Below, in pieces: positions 50,157-59,531 of a stretch of 64,000 nucleotides of DNA. The translations under genes were made by a program, and so were the position numbers. A model generated the notes under the pieces. It saw nothing but the letters and a program-made list of their open reading frames with translations. It had not been told where the DNA came from and did not search any database. Origin of the DNA: Myxococcota bacterium (lineage in GTDB: Bacteria > Myxococcota_A > UBA796 > CAJQPC01); contig JAZAMN010000052.1 in the NCBI GenBank assembly GCA_036229005.1, forward strand, positions 256,001-320,000. Reading direction: 5' to 3'. How positions within the stretch are numbered: position 1 is the first letter of the stretch; every line of letters begins with the position of its first letter.

Positions 50157-51356
50157 ATGAAGAAGCTCATCGCATCCGCCGCTCTGCTCTCCCTGGCCTC
50201 CTGCGCGACGGCCCCGGAGAAGATCCCCGATCACACGGTCTACGCCGACGAGGCGGACGCCCTGGACGTGAAGGGCGACACGCTGACCTTCGCGATCGTG
50301 GGCAACGTCCGGGCCCCGGTTCCGGTGCTCGACAAGGCCGGCCGCAAGGGCCCCACCGAGGGGGTCTCCGAGGACCTGGTCCAGGATCTGCGGCGGCGCG
50401 TCGACCGTCAGCAGCTCGACTTCGTGACCCTGATGGGCGACAACGTGCGCTGGAGCACCACCAAGGAGTGGAAGGCCTTCGACAGCCTCTGGCAGGAGGT
50501 GCTGGACGGCCAGACGGTCCCCACGACCGAGGGCTACCGGATCCCGACGCTGCCGGTGGTGGGTGACGTGGACCGGCGCGGCGATGGGAGCCTGCAGGGT
50601 GTCTACGGGGCCTTCCCGGACATCGGCGTGGACATCGGGCACGCGCGGGTCGCGAGCTGGTACGCGTTCGATGTGCGCGTGGACGGTGTGATCTGGCGCT
50701 TCGTGGTGCTGGACTCCAACAAGGAGAAGCTGGGCTCCCGCTGGAACGAACAGCTCTACTGGATCCCGGAGGCGACCGAGGGGCGCTTCGACCACATGCT
50801 GGTCTTCATGCACGACCCCATGTACACCTTGGCGCAGGGGACGGAGCCCAACGCGGACGACGCGCCGCGCGAGCTGATCGAGGCCATCGAGGACACCAAG
50901 ACGGGCCTGTTCAAGATCCGCGCGGTGATCAGCGCGGAGCCCCACGCCAGCGAGGTCATCTTGCCGGATGGCCCCGGCGCGGCGGCGCACATCACGGCAG
51001 GTGGTGGAGGCGCGCCCGGTGAGACCCTGGACCGCTACGGCAACCTGGGCGAGCTGGGGGAGAACGTGGCCCTGGACCCGCTGTTCGACATGGCGCTGCT
51101 GGAGGACTTCAAGGCGCAAGCGCAGGCCAAGGAGTTCCCGGAGGACGCGCTGGAGCACGCGACCGCGACCGGCTCCTGGGAGGGCTTCACGGGGGCCTAC
51201 GACGCCCGCTACTACCCGACCTACGGCTACTGGATGGCGGAGCTGAGCGGTGAGCAGCTCGAGCTGGTCTACCACCACTACGCCGACGGCAGCTTCGAGC
51301 CGCTCTACGGGCTGACCTGGACCGACGCGGGCCGCTGGAAGAGCAGCAAGAAGTAG
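50157..51356 (+). CDS. Lipoprotein with a calcineurin-like metallophosphoesterase fold, metal ligands partly lost
   Basis: LASC lipobox; FAIVGNVR, MGDNV, VVGDVD, FVVLDSN, Q..W, FMHDP.Y, ISAEPH, HITAGGGGAP. Confidence 0.7.
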   Translation: MKKLIASAALLSLASCATAPEKIPDHTVYADEADALDVKGDTLTFAIVGNVRAPVPVLDKAGRKGPTEGVSEDLVQDLRRRVDRQQLDFVTLMGDNVRWSTTKEWKAFDSLWQEVLDGQTVPTTEGYRIPTLPVVGDVDRRGDGSLQGVYGAFPDIGVDIGHARVASWYAFDVRVDGVIWRFVVLDSNKEKLGSRWNEQLYWIPEATEGRFDHMLVFMHDPMYTLAQGTEPNADDAPRELIEAIEDTKTGLFKIRAVISAEPHASEVILPDGPGAAAHITAGGGGAPGETLDRYGNLGELGENVALDPLFDMALLEDFKAQAQAKEFPEDALEHATATGSWEGFTGAYDARYYPTYGYWMAELSGEQLELVYHHYADGSFEPLYGLTWTDAGRWKSSKK

Positions 51357-51397
51357 GGCCCACAGGCAGGGCCAACAAGCAGGGCAGGGGGTCGGCG

Positions 51398-51865
51398 CTA
51401 CTCGCTGAGCTTGCCGGCCTTGACGTCCTCGTAGATGGCCGCCTGCAGGTTGCGCAGGCAGGCCTCCATGGCGCCCTCCAGGCCCTCGCGCAGACCGGCC
51501 GCGTTGAGCGCCTGGCCCAGGATGGAGCCGGGGTCGTAGTCGTAGTGGAGGGTGACCAGCGTGGCCTTCTTGGCGCGGGGGGTGCGCAGGCTGTAGTGCA
51601 GCTTTCCGCCCACCCGCTTGCCCTCGGTCTCACAGAGGCACCGCCGCCCCCCGTGCGAGTCGTCCATCTGCAGGAAGCGGTAGCGCAGGGTGCGGGCCTT
51701 GGGGAAGAGCTTGAGGGTGCACTGCCACTCGCGGTCTCCCTCGCGGCTGACCTCGTCAAAGGCGCCGTCCAGGATGCGCTGGTGGTTGTCGGGCTCTCCC
51801 AGCCAGGCAAAGACCTGCTTGCGCTTGAGTCCTTCGACTTGGACATCCACCGTGATCACGGACAT
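51398..51865 (-). CDS. SRPBCC/START-like family protein
   Basis: VFAWL.EP.NH at the N-terminus, TLV.L.YDYDP, C-terminal helix CLRNL; GAGGAG RBS. Confidence 0.65.
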   Translation of the reverse strand: MSVITVDVQVEGLKRKQVFAWLGEPDNHQRILDGAFDEVSREGDREWQCTLKLFPKARTLRYRFLQMDDSHGGRRCLCETEGKRVGGKLHYSLRTPRAKKATLVTLHYDYDPGSILGQALNAAGLREGLEGAMEACLRNLQAAIYEDVKAGKLSE

Positions 51866-51943
51866 GGGCGGGCTCCTCGGGCTGACGGGGGCATAACACC
51901 GCGGGGCCTTCACAGGCCGCCGCCAAAGCCTTAGGGAGCCTGC

Positions 51944-52822
51944 GTGATTCCCGCTCTGATCCCCTATTGGCAGCCCCAGGTCTACCACCTGGGCCCGATC
52001 CCCATCGACCCCTGGGCCACCCTGGTGTGCGTGGCCTTCATCGTCGGGCTCGAGGTGGGGCGGTCGCGCGGAATCCGCAAGGGCATCGCGCCGCGGGACG
52101 TGGTCGACGGCGCCGTGTTCGTCGTGCTGATGGGCTTCGTCGTGGGCCATCTGGTGCACGTTCTGGCCTACAACCAGCACCTGATGCAGAAGGACGGCGT
52201 GTTCGACCTGTGGACCGCGGTCAAGGCGCTGGGCGCGGTGTGGGCGGGGTTCTCGTCCAACGGTGGCTTCCTGGGTGCTGTGATCGGCGCGGTCCTCTTC
52301 TACAAGGTCATCCGCCCTCGGCCCTTCTGGAAGCTGGCGGACAACGCCATGTACGGCTTCCCTTTCGGCTACATCTTCGGCCGCCTGGGCTGCTTCACGG
52401 TGCACGACCACATCGGCGTGAAGGCCAGCGAGTTCCCGGCGCTGTCCTTCCTGGCCGTGGACTTCCCCGCGCCCTACCAGCCCCGCTACGATCTGGGCGG
52501 CCTCGAGGCCCTCTGGCTGGTGGTCGTGGCCGCCATCTTCTTCGCGGTGGACCGCCTCTGGCCCAAGGGCCCGGACGGCAAGTTCATCGCGCTCTGGGGC
52601 TTCCTCTACGCCCCCATCCGCTTCCTCCTGGACTTCCTGCGGAACACCGATCTGGGCACCGCTGACGTGCGCTATCTGGGGCTCACCCCGGCCCAGTACG
52701 GCAGCCTGCTCACCATGTTCGGCAGCGCGGCCGTGCTCATCTGGCTGGTCCGCAAGCAGAAGCGCCAGGAATCCCAAGAGACGACAACGCCCCAGCAGGA
52801 GCCCGCAGATGGCACTGGTTGA
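51944..52822 (+). CDS. lgt: Prolipoprotein diacylglyceryl transferase family protein (divergent)
   Basis: LGPIPI, GFSS.GG.LG, FGRLGCF, Y...RF.LDFLR, LTP.QY. Confidence 0.8.
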   Translation: MIPALIPYWQPQVYHLGPIPIDPWATLVCVAFIVGLEVGRSRGIRKGIAPRDVVDGAVFVVLMGFVVGHLVHVLAYNQHLMQKDGVFDLWTAVKALGAVWAGFSSNGGFLGAVIGAVLFYKVIRPRPFWKLADNAMYGFPFGYIFGRLGCFTVHDHIGVKASEFPALSFLAVDFPAPYQPRYDLGGLEALWLVVVAAIFFAVDRLWPKGPDGKFIALWGFLYAPIRFLLDFLRNTDLGTADVRYLGLTPAQYGSLLTMFGSAAVLIWLVRKQKRQESQETTTPQQEPADGTG

Positions 52823-53255
52823 CCAGATCACCCAAGAGATGAAGACCGCGATGAAGGCCAAGGACAAGGAGCGCCTGGCCGCGATTCGCCTGATCCGCGC
52901 GCGGATCATCGAGCTGTCCAAGGAGGGCGGCGATTTCGGCGATGCAGACGTGGTCAAGGCCCTGCGCTCCATGGTGAAGCAGCGCAAGGACGCCGCCCAG
53001 CAGTACGTGGATGGCGGCCGCCCTGAGCTGGCCGAGACCGAGCTCTACGAGGTCTCCGTCATCGAGGACTTCCTGCCCAAGCTGGCCGACGAGGCCACCA
53101 CCCAGAAGTGGGTGCAGGAGGCCATCGCCTCCAGCGGCGCGAGCTCCCCCAAGGACATGGGGCGCGCAATGGGCGCTCTCATGAAGGCCCACAAGGACGA
53201 GGTGGACGGTGGGCTGGCCCGCAAGCTGCTCTCCACCGCTCTGAGCGAGGCCTGA
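52809..53255 (+). CDS. GatB/YqeY domain protein
   Basis: MK.AMKAKDK.RL..IR, VKQRKDA..QY..GGR.ELA..E, FLP, DMGR.MG. Confidence 0.92.
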   Translation: MALVDQITQEMKTAMKAKDKERLAAIRLIRARIIELSKEGGDFGDADVVKALRSMVKQRKDAAQQYVDGGRPELAETELYEVSVIEDFLPKLADEATTQKWVQEAIASSGASSPKDMGRAMGALMKAHKDEVDGGLARKLLSTALSEA

Positions 53256-54617
53256 ATGTTCCGACGCCTGCTGATCGCGAACCGCGGCGAGGTCGCCGTG
53301 CGTGTGCTCGAGACCTGTGAACGCCTGGGCGTGCAAGTCGTCGCGGTGACCTCGCAGGCGGACGATTCCCTGGGGTGGCTGGGCCGCGCGAGCCAGGTGG
53401 TGTGCCTGGGACCTGCGCGCTCCAGCCAGTCCTACCTCGACCAGGACAACCTGCTCCAGGCCGCCCTCCAGACCGGGGCGACGGCCATCCATCCGGGGTG
53501 GGGCTTTCTGGCGGAGAACGCGGACTTCGCGGCCCGCTGCGAGGCTCTGGGGCTCACCTTCGTGGGACCGGGGCCCGCGGTCATCCGCAGGATGGGGGAC
53601 AAGATCGAGGCACGGGAGACCATGTCCGCGCTGGGCATGCCCCTGATCCCGGGCTCCCCCGGAGAGGTCGTGGACATCGACGCCGCTCGCACAGAGGCCG
53701 AGCGCATCGGCTACCCCGTGCTGCTCAAGGCGGCCGCTGGCGGTGGCGGGCGCGGCATGCGGCGGGTCTTCGAGCCCGAGGGCCTGGAGGAGGGCTTCCA
53801 GTCGGCCTCCGGCGAGAGCGTCGCGGCCTTCGGGAACGGCGCGCTCTACATGGAGCGGCTGATCGTGGGCGGCCGACACATCGAGTTCCAGGTGCTGGTG
53901 GACGCATTCGGGAACGCCATGCACCTGGGGGAGCGGGAGTGCTCGATCCAGCGGCGCCACCAGAAGCTCATCGAGGAGAGCCCGAGTCCGGCCATCAGCG
54001 CCGAGCAGCGGGCCGAGATGGGCCAGCGGGTCGCCGAGATCGCCGCCAAGGCGGGCTACCGGAACGCCGGCACGGTGGAGATGCTGCGGGATGGGACCAG
54101 CGGCGAGCTCTTCTTCATGGAGATGAACACCCGCCTGCAGGTGGAGCACTCGGTCACGGAGATGGTCACCGGGCTGGACCTTGTGGAGCTGCAGCTACGC
54201 ATCGCCGCCAACGAGCCCCTGGACATCGAGCCGCCAGAGCTGCAGGGCCACGCCATCGAGGCCCGCATCAACGCCGAGGATCCGGAGCGGGACTTCCTGC
54301 CCTCGCCGGGGACCATCACCCGCTTGGTGTGGCCGCAAGGAGAGGGGATCCGGGTGGACTCCCACCTCCAGGAGGGGGACGCGATCTCTCCTCACTACGA
54401 CTCGATGATCGCCAAGGTCATCGCGCACGGGGCGGACCGCCAGCAGGCCATCGAGCGCCTCAAGGCCGCGCTGTCCCAGATGGTCGTCGAGGGCGTGGAG
54501 ACCACCATCCCGCTGCACCTGCGCATCCTCGACAACGCCGAGTTCGTGTCCGGCGACTACGACACGACCACCCTGACCCGCATGCTGGAGGCCGAGCGTG
54601 GCTCGAACCCCTCTTGA
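53256..54617 (+). CDS. accC: Biotin carboxylase subunit of an acyl-CoA carboxylase
   Basis: [59 protein letters not shown]. Confidence 0.93.
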   Translation: MFRRLLIANRGEVAVRVLETCERLGVQVVAVTSQADDSLGWLGRASQVVCLGPARSSQSYLDQDNLLQAALQTGATAIHPGWGFLAENADFAARCEALGLTFVGPGPAVIRRMGDKIEARETMSALGMPLIPGSPGEVVDIDAARTEAERIGYPVLLKAAAGGGGRGMRRVFEPEGLEEGFQSASGESVAAFGNGALYMERLIVGGRHIEFQVLVDAFGNAMHLGERECSIQRRHQKLIEESPSPAISAEQRAEMGQRVAEIAAKAGYRNAGTVEMLRDGTSGELFFMEMNTRLQVEHSVTEMVTGLDLVELQLRIAANEPLDIEPPELQGHAIEARINAEDPERDFLPSPGTITRLVWPQGEGIRVDSHLQEGDAISPHYDSMIAKVIAHGADRQQAIERLKAALSQMVVEGVETTIPLHLRILDNAEFVSGDYDTTTLTRMLEAERGSNPS

Positions 54618-56322
54618 GCGCCTCGGCGCGCCCATCGACGAGATCCTGGACGCCAAGAGCCGCCAGGCGAACGCCGGCAAGATGGCCGCGCTCGACGACG
54701 CTCTGGCCCAGAAGCTGGAGACCGTCCGCCAAGGCTGGGGCCCCAAGTACGCCGACCGGGTGCACGCCAAGGGCAAGCTGACCACCTGGGAGCGCCTGGA
54801 CGCCTTGCGCGACCCGGACAGCCCCGTCCACGCCCTGGGCTCCCTGGTCAACTGGGGGCGCCGCTTCGGCAAGCGAGAAGCGCCGGGGGCTGGCCTGGTC
54901 ACCGCGCTCGTGCGCATCGAGGGCCGCTGGTGTGTGGTCATCGCCAACGACAACACCGTCGCGAGCGGGAGCTGGTGGCCTCGCAGCCCCGAGAAGATCC
55001 AGCGCGCCCAGGACATCGCCCTGCGCCTGCGTCTGCCGGTGGTCTACCTGGTGGACTGCAGCGGGCTCTACCTGCCCGAGCAGGCCGAGTCCTTCCCCGG
55101 TCGCACCGGCGCCGGTCACATCTTCAAGAAGAACGCCGAGCTCTCCGCGGCGGGCGTCCCCCAGGTCGCCGGGGTGTTCGGGGACTCCATCGCCGGCGGC
55201 GGGTACATGCCCATCATCAGCGACCGGGTCTACATGACCGAGCAGGCCTACATGGTCATCGCTGGCGCCGCGCTGATCCAGGGGGCCAAGTCCCTCAAGC
55301 TCACCAGCCTGGACATCGGCGGGGCGGAGGTCCACGTGGGCCGCTCCGGCTGCGCGGACGTGCGGGTCCCCGACGATCCCACCTGCATCCGCATGCTCCG
55401 CCAGGAGATCGCCCGCCTCCCGGGCTCCGCGGTCGACTACTACCGCCACGGCGCCGACGCGATGGCCCCCGCCCTGGACCCCCAGGAGCTCTCCGAGCTC
55501 TTCCCCGTCGACCACCGCCAGGTCTATGACCCGCGTCAGGTCGTCGCGCGGCTGGTGGACGGCTCGCTCTTCCATGAGCTCATGCCGGACCGCGGCCAGG
55601 AGGTCATCGTCGGGCTCGCCCGGATCTCCGGGCTGTGGGTGGGCCTGCTGATGATGAACCCCCAGCTCACCGAGCACCCCGAGCGCCCCGGCGAGATGCG
55701 GGCCGGCGGGATCCTCTACCGCGACGGCATCGCCAAGCTCTCCACCTTCGCCCGCGCCTGCGAGTCGGACGGCGTGCCCATGTTCTGGCTCCAGGACATC
55801 GCCGGCTTCGACATCGGCGTGGAGGCCGAGGCCATGGGGCTCCTGGGCTACGGCAGCTCGCTCATCTACGCAAACTCCACCGCCCGCACCCCCATGTTCA
55901 CGGTGCTGCTCCGGAAGGCCAGCGGCGCCGGGTACTACGCGATGGCGGGGCACCCCTATGAGCCCATCGTGCAGCTCAGCACCCCCATCACCCGACAGGC
56001 CGTGATGGAGGGCCGCACCCTGGCGATCGCCGCCTACAACACCAAGCTGGACGACAACTTCGAGATCGCCACCCAGGACCCCGCCGAGCGCGCGGAGATC
56101 CAGGCCGGCATGGCCCAGACCGCCGCCCGGATCGAGGCGGACATGGACCCCGTCGCCAGCGCCGCCCGCATGGACACCGACGAGGTCGTCCCCCTCAGCG
56201 AGCTCCGCCCCTGGCTCGAGGCCCTGGCCGAGGCCAGCTACCAGTCCATCGGCTACCGCACCATCAAGAACCCCCGCATCTGGTCGCTGCACGACCTGGA
56301 GGCGCTGCTCCGATGCCGCTGA
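54598..56322 (+). CDS. Acyl-CoA carboxylase carboxyltransferase subunit
   Basis: GKLT.WER, ANDNTV..GSW, LVDCSG..LP.Q, AGGGY.P, QDI.GF.IG, RKA.GAGYYAM. Confidence 0.9.
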   Translation: MARTPLERLGAPIDEILDAKSRQANAGKMAALDDALAQKLETVRQGWGPKYADRVHAKGKLTTWERLDALRDPDSPVHALGSLVNWGRRFGKREAPGAGLVTALVRIEGRWCVVIANDNTVASGSWWPRSPEKIQRAQDIALRLRLPVVYLVDCSGLYLPEQAESFPGRTGAGHIFKKNAELSAAGVPQVAGVFGDSIAGGGYMPIISDRVYMTEQAYMVIAGAALIQGAKSLKLTSLDIGGAEVHVGRSGCADVRVPDDPTCIRMLRQEIARLPGSAVDYYRHGADAMAPALDPQELSELFPVDHRQVYDPRQVVARLVDGSLFHELMPDRGQEVIVGLARISGLWVGLLMMNPQLTEHPERPGEMRAGGILYRDGIAKLSTFARACESDGVPMFWLQDIAGFDIGVEAEAMGLLGYGSSLIYANSTARTPMFTVLLRKASGAGYYAMAGHPYEPIVQLSTPITRQAVMEGRTLAIAAYNTKLDDNFEIATQDPAERAEIQAGMAQTAARIEADMDPVASAARMDTDEVVPLSELRPWLEALAEASYQSIGYRTIKNPRIWSLHDLEALLRCR

Positions 56323-56834
56323 CCGCCACCTTCCAGGACCAGAAGCTGCTCTCGCCCGCCGTCGGGCGCTGGGTCCCCACGTTGCCTGTTGGGGCCAGCC
56401 TTCGCCCCGGAATGGAGGTCGGCTACATCGAGCGCCTCGGCCGCCGCCTGCCTGTCGTAGCGGGGCAGGGGAGCGGGAGCGTGAAGGCCTGGCTTGGCCC
56501 CGCGATGGTCGACTACGGCGCCCCCATCCTGGAGCTCGGAGAGGCCCAGGAGCAGGCGGTCGAGGAGGCTGAGAATGCCGCCAGCACAGAAGGGCTCACC
56601 GCTGTCAAAGCCCCGATGGCTGGCACCGTCTACCTGGCACCCGGCCCCGGCGAGGACAACTTCGTGCAGACCGGCCAGGCCGTCGCCAAGAACGCCCGCG
56701 TCGCCCTCATCGAGGTCATGAAGACCTTCACCCCCATCACGGCTCCCCAGGGCGGCGTGCTCGAGCGGCTGGCCGTCCAGGACGGCGACACCGTGGACGC
56801 CGGCGCGCCCGTCGCGTGGCTGCGGCCCGAGTAG
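56313..56834 (+). CDS. accB: Biotin carboxyl carrier protein with an extra degenerate N-terminal biotinyl-like domain
   Basis: APMAGT.Y..P.P, IEVMKTF; N-terminal SPAVG...IERLG...VDYG.P copy lacks MK. Confidence 0.85.
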   Translation: MPLTATFQDQKLLSPAVGRWVPTLPVGASLRPGMEVGYIERLGRRLPVVAGQGSGSVKAWLGPAMVDYGAPILELGEAQEQAVEEAENAASTEGLTAVKAPMAGTVYLAPGPGEDNFVQTGQAVAKNARVALIEVMKTFTPITAPQGGVLERLAVQDGDTVDAGAPVAWLRPE

Positions 56835-56848
56835 GGTAGGATCCCCCC

Positions 56849-57850
56849 ATGCGTGCCTTTCTCCCTCACATCGCCGGCCTGAGCCTCTGCGCTCTGCTGG
56901 CCCTGGCTCCCTCTCAGGCCTCCGCCGCCTGCGAGGCCATGTACAGCGACGACGCCCTGCTGGTCGACATCCAGACCATGGCGGGCGCCCTGCGGGAGCA
57001 CGACGCGGCCGCCCTCAAGGGCACCGGTGACGCCATGAAGGCCGGGCTGGGGTGCATGCGCGCGCCCATGCCGCCAGCGCTCTTTGCCACCGTGTACCGC
57101 ATGCTCGGCGTCTCGGAGTTTGAGAACGGGAACGCGGAGGAGGCCCACAAGTGGTTCCTCAGCGCGACCGAGCTGGACCCCACCCACGAGTGGGACATCC
57201 AGGACGTCGCGCCCGGCAGCCCGCTCTTCGACGCCTACGACAAGGCCCGGGCCCAGAGTGGAGCCAGCCCCGTGGCGGTCGAGGGTCTGGAGCTCAACGC
57301 TCCGGCCGGTAGCACCCTCTACATCGACGGTCGACCTCTGGACGCCGCCGAGGCCACGCTGGGCCGCTACCACCTGCTCCAGCAGGTCTCCAATGGACAG
57401 GTCCGCGCCTCCTGGCTGATCGAGGGGAACGCCTTCCCCGAGAAGCTGCTGCGCGAGCCCACGCTCTCCCGCAACGAGGAGAAGGCGGCCGAAGACGCCG
57501 AGCGGGACGCTCAGAAGCGTGGCCGCAAGGAGGCCGAGGTGCTGGCCGGTGGCTACACCACCGATGAGGTCGTCGCCGTCAAGCGGGAGACCCCCAAGGC
57601 CAAGGTCCCGCTGATCGCTGCAGGCGCGGTCGGACTCCTGGCCGCCGGCGGCGTCTACGGCGCCAGCTACATGACGGCCCAGCAGTTCGAGCAGGCCGCC
57701 ACCACCGACGAGGTCCTGGCCGTCCAGCAACTCACCAACACCCTGGTGATCGCCTCTGGCGGGGTGCTGCTCGCCGGCGCCGGCGTGGGCGTGTGGGGCA
57801 TCCTGATCGACGACTCGGCGCCCCAGCCGCCCGTCAGCAGCGACTGGTAG
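56849..57850 (+). CDS. Exported hypothetical protein (helical domain, PEGA-like beta segment, C-terminal hydrophobic hairpin)
   Basis: Signal peptide ending ASA; P.GSTLYIDG; Gly/Ala-rich C-terminal hydrophobic segments. Confidence 0.6.
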   Translation: MRAFLPHIAGLSLCALLALAPSQASAACEAMYSDDALLVDIQTMAGALREHDAAALKGTGDAMKAGLGCMRAPMPPALFATVYRMLGVSEFENGNAEEAHKWFLSATELDPTHEWDIQDVAPGSPLFDAYDKARAQSGASPVAVEGLELNAPAGSTLYIDGRPLDAAEATLGRYHLLQQVSNGQVRASWLIEGNAFPEKLLREPTLSRNEEKAAEDAERDAQKRGRKEAEVLAGGYTTDEVVAVKRETPKAKVPLIAAGAVGLLAAGGVYGASYMTAQQFEQAATTDEVLAVQQLTNTLVIASGGVLLAGAGVGVWGILIDDSAPQPPVSSDW

Positions 57851-57872
57851 CCCTCAGGCGCTCAGCGGCGGT

Positions 57873-58451
57873 CTACTGACCTCGCTCCCACAGCGACTCC
57901 GGCTCCCCCAGGGCCTGGGCTGCCCAGCGGCCCAGGACGAACAGGAAGTCGGACAGGCGGTTCAGGTAGCGCATGGCGTCGTCCTCGACGCCCTCCTCCT
58001 GCTCCATCAGGGTGATGCAGCGGCGCTCCGCCCGACGGCACACCGTCCGGGCCTGGTGCAGGAACGCGCCCACCTTGCCGCCGCCGGGCAGGATGAACTC
58101 GGTCAGCGGGCCCAGGTCTCCGTTGAGGCTGTCGATCCAGTCCTCCAAGCGCTTGACGTCTTCGGGGCCTGCGCGGACCATGCCCTCCCAGCGGCTCTCG
58201 GCGGGGGTTGCGAGATCGGAGCCCAGGTTGAAGAGATCGTTCTGGATCCGATGCAGCATGGTGTCGATCCGCTGCGTGCGCTCCGAGCTGCTGCTGTTGT
58301 TGAAGCTGCGCACGATCCCCAAGATCGCGTTGAGCTCGTCCACAGTGCCGTAGGCCTCGATGCGGTGGTGGTCCTTGGAGACCCGCTTGCCCCCGACCAA
58401 GCTGGTTTGTCCCTTGTCTCCACCCCGGGTGTAGACCTTCGTGATGCGCAT
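57873..58451 (-). CDS. pduO: PduO-type ATP:cob(I)alamin adenosyltransferase
   Basis: KVYTRGGDKGQT, RIEAYGTVDELN, FILPGG, RTVCRRAER, YLNRLSDFLF. Confidence 0.94.
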   Translation of the reverse strand: MRITKVYTRGGDKGQTSLVGGKRVSKDHHRIEAYGTVDELNAILGIVRSFNNSSSSERTQRIDTMLHRIQNDLFNLGSDLATPAESRWEGMVRAGPEDVKRLEDWIDSLNGDLGPLTEFILPGGGKVGAFLHQARTVCRRAERRCITLMEQEEGVEDDAMRYLNRLSDFLFVLGRWAAQALGEPESLWERGQ

Positions 58452-58500
58452 GCTCGTCCGTCCTTGTGCGGGAGGCGGTTAGGGGACGAATCCCAAAGAG

Positions 58501-59316
58501 GTGCACGTGCAGTTGAAGATTCAGGGCCTGCGGAGCTCGGACGCTCTCTCTCTCTCCATCATGTGTCAGGACGTGGTCCGGCAGCCCCTGGTGGAGATCC
58601 ACCCCGAGACGGTCTGCGACCTGCTGCAGCTCTCGGTGACCGAGGGCCTCGAGGCTCAGATGCGCCAGGACCTGAGCCGCTTCGCGCCGCAGATGTTGCG
58701 GGAGATGGGGGATCTGCCCGACTCGATGCTCCCGGCCTTCCTCAAGGAGCTGGGAAAGGTCCCTGCTGAGAACATCCCCCAGAGCGTACGCGACGCCATC
58801 ACGGCGCGCTCCGAGGGCAGCAAGCACCCCGAGGTCGTGAAGGCCTGGGGCGCGCTGAAGTCCCACCTGGACAGCGCAGAGGTCGAGGAGATCCAGCTTG
58901 GGGGCGCCGCCAAGCACGTGAGCGTGCACACCTACGATGTCCCCGACAGCCACAAGGCACCCGATGAGCGCAGCCACAAGCAGCGCCGGCGCCGCAAGTC
59001 GGCGGCAGGGGGCGACGACGAGCAGGAAGCCAGCAGCTCCAAGCGGGGCTCGGATGAGTCCACCAGCTCCTACAACGCGCGCATGCGCAACCCCAAGCGG
59101 GTCCGCGACCCTGAGCGCGAGGTCTGGCTGCGCAAGGCGATCCTGGCGCGCCTGAGCGAGGCCCAGGGTGGCATCAAGCAGACCCTGCTGGTGGCCGGGA
59201 TGGTGCGCCGCTCTCCGTGGCCGGATCTGAGCCCGGAGGAGGTCGTCAGCGCGCTGCGGGGCCTCGGGAAGGAAGGCCGCGCCCGCCTGAGCGTTGGGCG
59301 CTGGAAGAAGGCCTGA
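58501..59316 (+). CDS. Hypothetical protein with a possible C-terminal winged helix
   Basis: Helical N-domain, charged linker, C-terminal I..RL...GGI....L.........EV..AL..L..EG......GRW. Confidence 0.55.
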   Translation: MHVQLKIQGLRSSDALSLSIMCQDVVRQPLVEIHPETVCDLLQLSVTEGLEAQMRQDLSRFAPQMLREMGDLPDSMLPAFLKELGKVPAENIPQSVRDAITARSEGSKHPEVVKAWGALKSHLDSAEVEEIQLGGAAKHVSVHTYDVPDSHKAPDERSHKQRRRRKSAAGGDDEQEASSSKRGSDESTSSYNARMRNPKRVRDPEREVWLRKAILARLSEAQGGIKQTLLVAGMVRRSPWPDLSPEEVVSALRGLGKEGRARLSVGRWKKA

Positions 59317-59361
59317 GCGCCTTGCCGCCCGGCTCTGGAGAGCTTAGGGTGGCATGACCAC

Positions 59362-59444
59362 GGGGATGTGGCGGAATCGGTAGACGCGCTCGATTCAAAA
59401 TCGAGTGGCCTCAGGTCGTGAGGGTTCGAGTCCCTCCATCCCTA
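59362..59444 (+). tRNA. tRNA-Leu (CAA)
   Basis: GGGGATG/CATCCCT acceptor, GGCGGAATCGGTAGACGC D-arm, CTCGA-TTCAAAA-TCGAG anticodon arm, variable arm, GGTTCGAGTCC; CCA not encoded. Confidence 0.93.
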
Positions 59445-59531
59445 CTTTCAAGTTTGTGGGCCCGGCGCACGCGCGGGCCACTGGACGGGGGCCGTACGGC
59501 ACGGCCCGTCCCCGGTCTAAAGTGTGGGGCA

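Noticed and set aside
51866..52987. Long upstream extension of the SRPBCC ORF (529 aa in the track)
   Set aside because: Antisense to lgt and yqeY; ATG 51865 has a GAGGAG RBS and marks the domain start
59418..59531. N-terminal extension of the kinase ORF given by the ORF track
   Set aside because: Overlaps tRNA-Leu; GTG 59532 fits the kinase domain start better
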